A stretch of DNA of 64,000 nt, taken from NCBI GenBank assembly GCA_046756865.1, contig JBHHXE010000001.1, positions 288 through 64,287 on the forward strand, in the 5' to 3' direction. The position numbers were made by a program, and so were the translations under genes. This document shows positions 27,065-35,432 of this stretch, one piece after another. The notes beneath the pieces were generated by a model that did not search any database, was not told the DNA's origin, and saw only the letters and a program-made list of their open reading frames with translations. The DNA is from Nitrospiria bacterium. Lineage in GTDB: Bacteria; Nitrospirota; Nitrospiria; SBBL01; JAADHI01. Position 1 is the stretch's first letter. The number at the start of each line of letters is the position of its first letter.

Positions 27065-29770
27065 TTGTTGATGGTCCCTGGCACGCTCCTTGCTGTTGAA
27101 TGGGAAGGACGTGTGATTGATCAGATCACCTTTGATCAGTCTGGCAATATTCCTGATGAGGACTTACTAAGAATTATCCGCATGAATCCCGGAGATCACT
27201 ACCGGAACTCTGAGATTCGGAATGCGATTAAACGTCTTTACCAGACAGGACACTACAAAGATATTCTGATAGAGCTTGAACCCGCCAGAGAGCGCCGGGT
27301 CGCGCTTCGCTATATATTAATCGAAAAACAGTATATTCACTCCATCAAGATCTCAGGAAATCATTCTATTTCAGAAAAGGATATTCTCAGTTCAATTTCA
27401 TTCAAGTCTGGTGACGCGTTTACAGAGGCCTATTGGCGTGAGCTGCTCTCTGAAATCGCTTCGTATTACCAGAAGGAGGGTTTTTTCCGGGTCAGGTTTT
27501 CGTCTGAACTCAAATCAGATTCCGGAGATCGAAGGAAAATTAAAGCCCTCCTCACCATAGATGAAGGGAATCGTGCGCGTATCCGATCCCTCAAACTAGA
27601 AGGAGAAAAGGCCTTTTCCGACTGGGTCCTTGCACTCCGTATTTTTTCCCATGAAGGAGAGTTTTATCGACATCGTATTTTTGAGGAAGATATTGATCGG
27701 CTGAGGACATTCTATATCTCGGAAGGCTATCTAAAGGCAACAGTCGGTCCTGCTGTAGTGACTTACATAGATGAGACCAACGAAATAGATATTCGTCTTT
27801 CTGTAAAGTCATTGAATAAGATTGAAATATTTTTTGAAGGTGAAAGCCTTCTTCCCAAGAAGCAACTTGAATCATTTGTGCTGATCCAGGAGGAGCGTCG
27901 AGATCAGGAAGATGTTATTGAGGAGAGTGCGCGTCAGATCGAAGCTTTTTACCGGCGGGAGGGTTACCCGTTTGCGGAAGTAACGTCAATCTCAGAGCGA
28001 TTTAAAGAGGAAAACCGGCATGTTGTTCATTTCAAAATAAAGAGCGGTTTCAGGGCAAAGATCCGGAAGATCCGATTTTCCGGAAATTATGCTTTCTCAC
28101 AAAAACGTCTTCTATCTCTCATTCAATTACGAGAGGAAGGTCTGATAAAACGTCAACTGTATACCCAGGAAGCCCTTGAGAAGGATGTTGCGATTTTATC
28201 AGAATTTTATGGTGAAAATGGTTTTCAGGATGTTGAAATACAAGGCATCCCGGAATTTGATACCCTAAAGCAATACCTGGTCATCACATTTAAGATCGAT
28301 GAAGGAATTCGCACCCGGATTGAAAATGTTAAGATCTCAGGGCGCCGGTCACTTCCCGAAAATGAGCTTCTCGATGTCTTGGGCGACCCGTTCCAAAGGC
28401 CCTACAATGAAAGTGTTGTGGAAGAGGGAAGAGAAAAACTGCTTTCAGCTTATTCTAGAGAAGGATATCTTCATGCCGATATAGCGCCAGCCATACATTT
28501 TTCTCTTGACCGGACCAAAGTGAGATTAACCTATCATGTAACTGAAGGTGCCTTGGTCCGATTGGGCCGGATTCACTTGAAAGGTAATCTTCGAACCAGA
28601 GATTATGTTCTTTTCCGGGAGATGACCCTGCAGAAAGGAGAGCCATATAACCCCGAGAAGATTCTGGAGAGCCAGCATAGGCTTTCAAAAATCGGGCTCT
28701 TTTCAGTTTTACATTTCGACCCCATCCGTTTTGAGGACAACCGGACGGTACAGGATGTTCAACTGACTGTTGAAGAAAGGCCAAGCGTTGCTCTTGACTT
28801 TGGATTTGGTTTTGGAAACAGAGAGCGACTTCGGGGCTTTGCAGAAGTTTCCCACCGCAACCTTTGGGGAACGAGCCGCTCGCTAAGCGCACGCGCTGAA
28901 GGGAGTCAGGTCGAAGAGAGATATCAACTCAAATACAAAGAGCCCTGGTTTCTGGGTGAAAAAATTAACGCGAAACTTATTTCCGTCTATGAAGACCTGG
29001 AGGAAGTTTCTTTTGATCTGGAAACCTTTAGCGGTGCGTTTGGTCTGGACAAATCATTTACGGACCGCACCAGCGGATCAATCCTTTACGAGTATGAACT
29101 CCGGCAGACGAGCAACGTGGCACCGACAACAACCTTAAGTCCTGAAGATATTGGACGATTTGCGATTGCGACAATGAACCTCTCGCTCGTTCGTGACTCA
29201 CGTGATGATCCTTTTAATCCCCGAACAGGATCAGTGAATGGTGTCACCGCAAGGAACGCTGAAATTGCTCTTGGCTCGGATGTCGAGTTGGTGAAAACAA
29301 CAATTCAGAGCCGGTGGTACCTCCCTCTGGGCACTCATGCTGTTCTCGCCCTTTCCGCCCGGGCAGGATTTGCAAGACGACTCGGAAAAACATCCATTAT
29401 CCCCCTGTCGGAGCGTTTCTTTGTCGGGGGGAGAAGTACGGTGCGGGGGTACGATGAAGATGAACTTGGCGTACAGAATGTTACCATTATCAACGGAGAG
29501 CCGACCGGTGGAGATGCAATGGTTATCCTCAATGAAGAACTCCGTATTTTTCTCCCTAAATCATTTGGCCTCGTCTTGTTTTTTGATCATGGAAACGTCT
29601 GGAAAAGACGCCGGGACATCTCCCTGCCCCAGGCAAAATCCAGCACGGGGATCGGATTACGGTATAATACTCCTATAGGCCCTTTGAGACTCGATTGGGG
29701 TTACAAGCTGGACCGTGAATCCGGCGAAGAGCCCTGGGTCCTCCATTTTACATTGGGACACGCATTCTAA
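27065..29770 (+). CDS. bamA: Omp85-family outer membrane protein assembly factor (BamA-like, multi-POTRA)
   Basis: About 900 aa with repeated POTRA-like units (I..I.F.GN......L......G..F), YxxxGY motifs and a C-terminal beta-barrel ending ...WVLHFTLGHAF (terminal aromatic). The true start probably lies upstream of the ORF-track TTG; see findings. Confidence 0.88.
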   Translation: MLMVPGTLLAVEWEGRVIDQITFDQSGNIPDEDLLRIIRMNPGDHYRNSEIRNAIKRLYQTGHYKDILIELEPARERRVALRYILIEKQYIHSIKISGNHSISEKDILSSISFKSGDAFTEAYWRELLSEIASYYQKEGFFRVRFSSELKSDSGDRRKIKALLTIDEGNRARIRSLKLEGEKAFSDWVLALRIFSHEGEFYRHRIFEEDIDRLRTFYISEGYLKATVGPAVVTYIDETNEIDIRLSVKSLNKIEIFFEGESLLPKKQLESFVLIQEERRDQEDVIEESARQIEAFYRREGYPFAEVTSISERFKEENRHVVHFKIKSGFRAKIRKIRFSGNYAFSQKRLLSLIQLREEGLIKRQLYTQEALEKDVAILSEFYGENGFQDVEIQGIPEFDTLKQYLVITFKIDEGIRTRIENVKISGRRSLPENELLDVLGDPFQRPYNESVVEEGREKLLSAYSREGYLHADIAPAIHFSLDRTKVRLTYHVTEGALVRLGRIHLKGNLRTRDYVLFREMTLQKGEPYNPEKILESQHRLSKIGLFSVLHFDPIRFEDNRTVQDVQLTVEERPSVALDFGFGFGNRERLRGFAEVSHRNLWGTSRSLSARAEGSQVEERYQLKYKEPWFLGEKINAKLISVYEDLEEVSFDLETFSGAFGLDKSFTDRTSGSILYEYELRQTSNVAPTTTLSPEDIGRFAIATMNLSLVRDSRDDPFNPRTGSVNGVTARNAEIALGSDVELVKTTIQSRWYLPLGTHAVLALSARAGFARRLGKTSIIPLSERFFVGGRSTVRGYDEDELGVQNVTIINGEPTGGDAMVILNEELRIFLPKSFGLVLFFDHGNVWKRRRDISLPQAKSSTGIGLRYNTPIGPLRLDWGYKLDRESGEEPWVLHFTLGHAF

Positions 29771-29788
29771 ATTAGTAAAGAGGGAAAA

Positions 29789-31174
29789 ATGACTAAATCA
29801 TCTCGTATCCGGCCCGTTTACCTTTTGATTCTTTTTGTGGTGATTCTCTTAATCTTTTATTTTAATGCGGGAGAGAATTCCCTTGAGATATTCAAACCAA
29901 GACCTACAAAAAGCGTAACTGTATTACCTGAAAATGGACTCTTGCCCCCACCTTCCTCTGATGGTCTCCCGGATGTTGTAGATGAGACATCAGAAGATAT
30001 TCCTGAGTGGGCTTTAATAAACAGAAAAGGCTTATCGGAATTTAATCAATCGAATTATCATGAGGCCCTTACCCTTTTCCAAAGGGCATTGAAGCTGAGA
30101 CCGCAAGATGCGATCCTGGGGAAAAATATCGCACAAACATATGCCCAGCTTGGCTGGGAGGCCATTCGGAGCAGCCGGTACCCGGAGGCAATCCTTAAAT
30201 TTGATCAGGCGATCAAGGGTGTTCCGGACGAGTCTGCCCATTATATTGGAAAAGCACTCGCGATGCATCGGCTCGAACGGGGAATTGAGGCGCTTGAAAC
30301 CGTCGAAACCGGACTTCAACTCAATCCGGCAAATGCGATCTTATACAGGATCGGGGGTGAGATCTATTATGATCAGAATGAATATGAGAAGGCAATTCAT
30401 GCCTGGGAAAGCTCGCTTCAACTCAATCCCGGAGACCGGGACCTTTCTGCTTCCCTTGAAAAACTCAAGCGGGAGCATCGCCTCTTTTCCGGCTTTCAGA
30501 GAGAAGGGACAAGTCACTTCACCTTATTGTTTGAGGGGCAGGAAGATCGGACCTGGATCAGGCCCGTGTTGCAGTCTCTGGAAGACGCATATCAGGAAAT
30601 TGGCCAGACGATGTCGTATTATCCTCAAAGGACGGTTTTTACCGTTCTATATACCGATCAACAGTTTCGGGATGTAACGAAAAGCCCGGCTTGGACCAAG
30701 GCCCTCTTTGATGGTAAAATCCACCTCCCGGTTGGGGGAAGCCCGGAGGACATGAAACTCTTGAAAAAGTTGATCTACCATGAGTATACCCATGCCCTTA
30801 TTCATCAACTTTCAAATGGAAAAGTCCCCACTTGGCTAAATGAGGGTTTGGCGATGTTTTTTGAGGAGGGCGGAATACAGGGGGAAGCAAGACGGGCAGG
30901 GGGCCGGAACGGAGCTTTGCAGTCGATCATTTCTCTGGAAAGACTTCATGGGTCATTTATGTCATTTGACGAAACAACGGCCGAAAAGGCCTATGCTGTA
31001 AGCGAGGTGGCCACGGCATATCTGATTCAGAGGCATGGGTTTTTCAGAATAAAACAACTCCTGGAAAAATTGTCTTCCGGCCTCCCTTTTCCCGTGGCTT
31101 TTGATGAAACCTTCCTGATTTCTTACGCTGATTTTCAAGCTGATTTATGGAGAGACTTTTCCAGTGTCAGGTAA
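29789..31174 (+). CDS. Membrane-anchored TPR protein with C-terminal HExxH (MA-clan) peptidase-like domain
   Basis: 461 aa with an N-terminal TM anchor and several TPR-like repeats (NYHEALTLFQRALKLRPQD..., EYEKAIHAWESSLQLNP). These are followed by YHEYTHALIH (HEYTH at 30779-30793) and WLNEGLAMFFE, a gluzincin-type third Glu. Confidence 0.75.
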   Translation: MTKSSRIRPVYLLILFVVILLIFYFNAGENSLEIFKPRPTKSVTVLPENGLLPPPSSDGLPDVVDETSEDIPEWALINRKGLSEFNQSNYHEALTLFQRALKLRPQDAILGKNIAQTYAQLGWEAIRSSRYPEAILKFDQAIKGVPDESAHYIGKALAMHRLERGIEALETVETGLQLNPANAILYRIGGEIYYDQNEYEKAIHAWESSLQLNPGDRDLSASLEKLKREHRLFSGFQREGTSHFTLLFEGQEDRTWIRPVLQSLEDAYQEIGQTMSYYPQRTVFTVLYTDQQFRDVTKSPAWTKALFDGKIHLPVGGSPEDMKLLKKLIYHEYTHALIHQLSNGKVPTWLNEGLAMFFEEGGIQGEARRAGGRNGALQSIISLERLHGSFMSFDETTAEKAYAVSEVATAYLIQRHGFFRIKQLLEKLSSGLPFPVAFDETFLISYADFQADLWRDFSSVR

Positions 31175-31781
31175 TCGAGAACAGGACAAAATCCAGAGGC
31201 GGTCAAGTCTTGTTTTTCTATGGATAGTCCTTGCATTCCTGTCTGCCCCGCCCAGGGCCATTGCGGACGGACCTGAAAGGATTGAGAACGTCAAAGTGGA
31301 AACACTTCGTGAGAAGATCCTTATTTCCGCCCGGCTTAATGAGGGTTTTCGCCCAAAGATCGTTCGTGAAATCAACAATGGTATTCAAAAGGAATTTTTC
31401 TACTACATTCTCGTCAAACGAAAAGAGACGAATTGGATCTTTGACGAAGAGATTCTTTCCAAGAGCCTTCTCTACACGGTCAAATTCGACACGCTCAAGA
31501 AAAAATACAAGGTTGTTTTCAGTGACGGAGAAAAGGTAATTGAGAAAACCTTTGATGATTTTGAAGCAATGAAAGAAATGGTCATGCAGGTAAATCGTGT
31601 AGAGCTTCCTTTGACCGATATTAAAAAATCGCCCGATCGCTATTATGTCAGCGTGAAGGTCCAGATGAAGGCTGCCAAGTTGCCACTTTATCTCGATTAC
31701 TTTCTGTTTTTTATCCCCTTTCTGGAAATTGATACGCCCTGGTCTGATTCTGAGATCATTTCTTTTCAAGGCGGGAAATAA
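31164..31781 (+). CDS. DUF4390-like periplasmic protein
   Basis: 205 aa from a GTG start with a signal peptide (..LSAPPRAIA|DG). Both the sequence pattern and the position directly upstream of ntrY match my recollection of DUF4390. Confidence 0.6.
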   Translation: MSGNREQDKIQRRSSLVFLWIVLAFLSAPPRAIADGPERIENVKVETLREKILISARLNEGFRPKIVREINNGIQKEFFYYILVKRKETNWIFDEEILSKSLLYTVKFDTLKKKYKVVFSDGEKVIEKTFDDFEAMKEMVMQVNRVELPLTDIKKSPDRYYVSVKVQMKAAKLPLYLDYFLFFIPFLEIDTPWSDSEIISFQGGK

Positions 31782-31793
31782 GGGGGGCAGTCG

Positions 31794-34016
31794 GTGAATC
31801 ACTCTCTATTAACACAAAAGTCAAAAAAAAAGAATGTCTTCCGTCCGGTGTGGATCACTGCGCTCTTTCTGGGTTTATCAGCATCGCTCACCTTTCTTAT
31901 CTTTCGAGGCATCGAACACCCCTCTCAATTCTCAACAAATATCCTCGTACTTACTCTTGTGAATGTAAATATCACGTTGACGATTGTCCTGGTGCTTCTT
32001 CTCTCCAGAAATCTGATTAAAGTCTACTTTGAAAGGAAACGGGAGCCCGGAAAGTCGAAGTTCAAGAGCAAACTTGTCGGGGCATTTCTCGGCCTTTCTC
32101 TGATTCCTTCTATCTTATTATTTGTTGTTGCCAGCGGCCTTTTGACGAGCAGTATTGAAAACTGGTTTTCTATCCAGGTGGAAAAATCACTTGACCAATC
32201 TCTGGGTGTCGCCCAGGATTACTATGAGCAGAATCGCCAGCATGTAACGCGTGCTTCAAATGAGATCAGCCGATCTCTTCTTGAACGGAATATAATGAAG
32301 CGTACTCGGAAAAGACTAACCGGATTGCTTGAACGACGCCGGGAAGAATATGGTATCCAGGCTGTACACCTGTTTACACCGGAACTCCGCCTGATTGCCG
32401 GGGCTTCGGAAAAAGGATCGGCTGTTATTCCCCCGTCTCCGGATTTCCTGGAAGATATACTTGATGCGAATATGGCGCGCAAAGACAGAGAGCAAGGGCT
32501 TCTTCCACTGTCTATAAAATCAACGCTGGACGGAGACCTCCTCCGTGGCATCATCCCATTACGTTCAAATAAGCGCCTCACTGCGCTTCTTGTGGTAGAC
32601 CACCTGATCCCAATTGATGTTGTTCAGAAGATGGAGGGAATCAAAAAATCGGTTGAAGAATACAAACAGTTGAAGGCCTTCAAAAATCCGATTAAAGGGA
32701 GCTACATCCTTTCCTTCCTCATCATTGTCCTCTTGATCATCTTTTCTGCGGTATGGTTCGGCATTTACTTTTCCCGCACCATTACCGTTCCGATACAGCG
32801 TCTTGCCGAAGGGACACAAGCTGTTGCCGATGGAGATTTGAACTTCCAGCTCGATGTGCGGGCAACCGATGAGCTAGGCGTCCTGGTGGATTCGTTTAAC
32901 CGGATGACCTCTGACTTGAGGCAGGGGCAGGAGAAAATTAAAGAGGTCAATCGCTTTCTCCTGGAATCGAACCGGGAATCTGAAGGACGTCGGGCTTACA
33001 TGGAGGGTGTCCTTCAAAATATCGGGGCAGGCGTTATTTCGGTCGATGAAAAAGGGATGATCGCAACTTTTAATCCATCGGCAAGCAAGATTTTCAGTAT
33101 CCAGCCCGATAAAGCCATTCAGCAGGATTTTATTGATTTCTTTTTATCCCGAAAAATGAGGGGAATTACCGACCTGTATCAGCAGATGCAAGCCGGAGGG
33201 GAAGAATCTCTGGAGGAAGAAATTATCGTCGAAGTCAAGAACAAACTGTTGACCTTACGCGTCACGCTTTCTGTTCTACAGGGACATGACCAAAGGCTGC
33301 TGGGCTTTGTTATCGTATTTGACGATTTGACTGAACTCATCCGGGCTCAAAAAGTTGCGACCTGGCAGGAGGTGGCACGTCGGATAGCCCATGAAATTAA
33401 AAATCCCCTGACCCCGATTCAACTTTCCACCGAGCGTCTTCGGAAAAAATATTTTCAGCGGCCCTCTGATTTTGATAAGATATTTGACGAATCGACCCGG
33501 ATCGTGATCAACGAAGTCCAAGGGCTGAAACGCCTTGTTGATGAGTTCTCAGAGTTTGCCAGACTTCCCCCCCCTCACCGGACCCTTCAAATGATCAACC
33601 CGATCTTACAAGAGGTCATTCTGCTTTATCAGGCGAGTCAAAAAGATGTCGTGATCACTTCTCAGCTTGATGAAAAGATGCCTTCTTTAAATTTGGATCG
33701 TGACCAGATCAAGCGTGTATTTTTGAATCTGTTTGAGAATGCGTTTGAGGCCATGGAAGGGAAGGGCGGGGTTTATATTGCGACGATATATGAACAGGCT
33801 CAGCAAAAGGTTCGTATCGAGATTTCTGATGAAGGCGTCGGGATTGCTCCTGACGATATTGAGAAGCTCTTTCTTCCTTATTTTTCCAGAAAGAAAACCG
33901 GGACAGGGCTAGGATTGGCCATTGTCAATCGCATTGTGACTGATCACAATGGTCAAATTCGAGTCGCGCCACGGCATCCAAAAGGAACAACATTCACAAT
34001 TGAATTCCCTGTATAG
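31794..34016 (+). CDS. ntrY: NtrY-like sensor histidine kinase
   Basis: 740 aa with N-terminal TM segments, HAMP, a PAS-like region, the H-box HEIKNPLTPIQLSTERL, and N/G boxes (NLFENAFEA, DEGVGI, GTGLGLAIV). Confidence 0.88.
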   Translation: MNHSLLTQKSKKKNVFRPVWITALFLGLSASLTFLIFRGIEHPSQFSTNILVLTLVNVNITLTIVLVLLLSRNLIKVYFERKREPGKSKFKSKLVGAFLGLSLIPSILLFVVASGLLTSSIENWFSIQVEKSLDQSLGVAQDYYEQNRQHVTRASNEISRSLLERNIMKRTRKRLTGLLERRREEYGIQAVHLFTPELRLIAGASEKGSAVIPPSPDFLEDILDANMARKDREQGLLPLSIKSTLDGDLLRGIIPLRSNKRLTALLVVDHLIPIDVVQKMEGIKKSVEEYKQLKAFKNPIKGSYILSFLIIVLLIIFSAVWFGIYFSRTITVPIQRLAEGTQAVADGDLNFQLDVRATDELGVLVDSFNRMTSDLRQGQEKIKEVNRFLLESNRESEGRRAYMEGVLQNIGAGVISVDEKGMIATFNPSASKIFSIQPDKAIQQDFIDFFLSRKMRGITDLYQQMQAGGEESLEEEIIVEVKNKLLTLRVTLSVLQGHDQRLLGFVIVFDDLTELIRAQKVATWQEVARRIAHEIKNPLTPIQLSTERLRKKYFQRPSDFDKIFDESTRIVINEVQGLKRLVDEFSEFARLPPPHRTLQMINPILQEVILLYQASQKDVVITSQLDEKMPSLNLDRDQIKRVFLNLFENAFEAMEGKGGVYIATIYEQAQQKVRIEISDEGVGIAPDDIEKLFLPYFSRKKTGTGLGLAIVNRIVTDHNGQIRVAPRHPKGTTFTIEFPV

Positions 34017-34041
34017 CTGAATCATTACCGAAGGAGTCCCC

Positions 34042-35421
34042 TTGGCTGAAAAGATACTAATCGTAGATGATGAACCGGCAATCCTTTCCACGCTTTCGGG
34101 CATTTTGAGTGATGAGGGCTATGATGTCCTTGAAGCCGGGAATGGACTTGATGCGCTTCGTCTGGTACAGACGACTTCTCCGGAGATCGTTTTACTCGAT
34201 ATCTGGATGCCAGACCCAGATGGCCTCATTACATTGGAAAAAATCAAAGACTCTTCTCCAGATGTTGTTGTTGTCATGATGTCCGGCCATGGTTCCATCG
34301 AGACGGCCGTTAAAGCGATCAAACTTGGCGCTTACGATTACATCGAAAAGCCCCTTTCACTGGATAAAGTGGTTTTAATGGTAAAGCATGCCTTGACCGA
34401 GCGGAGGCTCCATCAGGAAAACAAGACGCTCAAAAGAATTGTGGAAAAGAAATATGAAATGGTTGGCGCAAGCCCGGCCATTCTTGAGCTCCTTCAGCAG
34501 ATCAAAATGGCGGGTCCATCCCAGGGCAGGGTATTAATCTCGGGAGAAAACGGAACAGGGAAAGAATTGGTCGCCAGGATGATTCATGCTCAGAGCCACA
34601 GACGGGAAGGGCCTTTTCTGGAGATCAACTGCGCCGCGATTCCAATCAATCTTATAGAAAGTGAGCTTTTTGGATATGAAAAGGGTGCTTTCAGCGGGGC
34701 TCAGCGCCAGAAAAAGGGGCAGTTTGAACTGGCACACGGCGGGACACTCTTTCTGGATGAAATTGGAGACATGGCCCTTTCGACTCAATCGAAAGTCCTC
34801 CGGGTATTACAAGATCAAGTCTTTTACCGGGTCGGTGGGGGAGAACGTATTAAGGTTAATGTACGTGTGATTGCCGCATCGAATAAAGTTCTTTCAAAGG
34901 AAATCAGAAAAGACACCTTCCGGGAAGATCTTTATTACCGTTTGAACGTAATTCCTCTGCACGTTCCCCCTCTCAGGGATCGTGCAGAAGATATCCCCCT
35001 CCTGGTTACCCACTTTATGAAAGAACTTTCTCAAGAGCAGGGACTAAAGCCCAAAAAAGTTGACGAGGAAGCCTATGATTTAATGAATAAATATGCCTGG
35101 CCGGGCAATGTAAGGGAACTCAGGAACATTACGGAGCGCCTGATGATCATGGTGCCATCGCAAGTCATTGCCCCTAAGGATCTTCCTGCCTTTCTCCAGG
35201 GCGGGGAGTTCATGGAAGGGCAATCCCGGGCCATGGAATCAATATCAGGAGTCTCTTCCCTGAAGGAAGCTCGCAGTCTCTTCGAAAAAAAACATATCTT
35301 GGAAAAACTCGATGAAAACGACTGGAACGTCATTAAAACAGCCGAAACGCTTCAGATTGAGCGGACTTATCTATACCGTAAGATGAAGTTTCTCGGAATA
35401 GAGGCACCCGAGGAGAAATAA
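34042..35421 (+). CDS. ntrX: NtrX-like sigma54-dependent response regulator
   Basis: 459 aa from a TTG start. It has a receiver domain (DDEP...LLDIWMPD), an AAA+ domain (GENGTGKE, LFLDEIGDM, ESELFGYEKGAFSGA) and a C-terminal Fis-type HTH. Confidence 0.9.
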   Translation: MAEKILIVDDEPAILSTLSGILSDEGYDVLEAGNGLDALRLVQTTSPEIVLLDIWMPDPDGLITLEKIKDSSPDVVVVMMSGHGSIETAVKAIKLGAYDYIEKPLSLDKVVLMVKHALTERRLHQENKTLKRIVEKKYEMVGASPAILELLQQIKMAGPSQGRVLISGENGTGKELVARMIHAQSHRREGPFLEINCAAIPINLIESELFGYEKGAFSGAQRQKKGQFELAHGGTLFLDEIGDMALSTQSKVLRVLQDQVFYRVGGGERIKVNVRVIAASNKVLSKEIRKDTFREDLYYRLNVIPLHVPPLRDRAEDIPLLVTHFMKELSQEQGLKPKKVDEEAYDLMNKYAWPGNVRELRNITERLMIMVPSQVIAPKDLPAFLQGGEFMEGQSRAMESISGVSSLKEARSLFEKKHILEKLDENDWNVIKTAETLQIERTYLYRKMKFLGIEAPEEK

Positions 35422-35432
35422 ATCCAGTTTTT

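Noticed and set aside
31218-31802. 194-aa minus-strand ORF opposite the DUF4390-like gene
   Set aside because: The plus-strand ORF has a signal peptide, fits the operon direction (tamB through ntrX) and matches the known DUF4390-ntrY linkage. The minus-strand ORF would be an isolated antisense gene.
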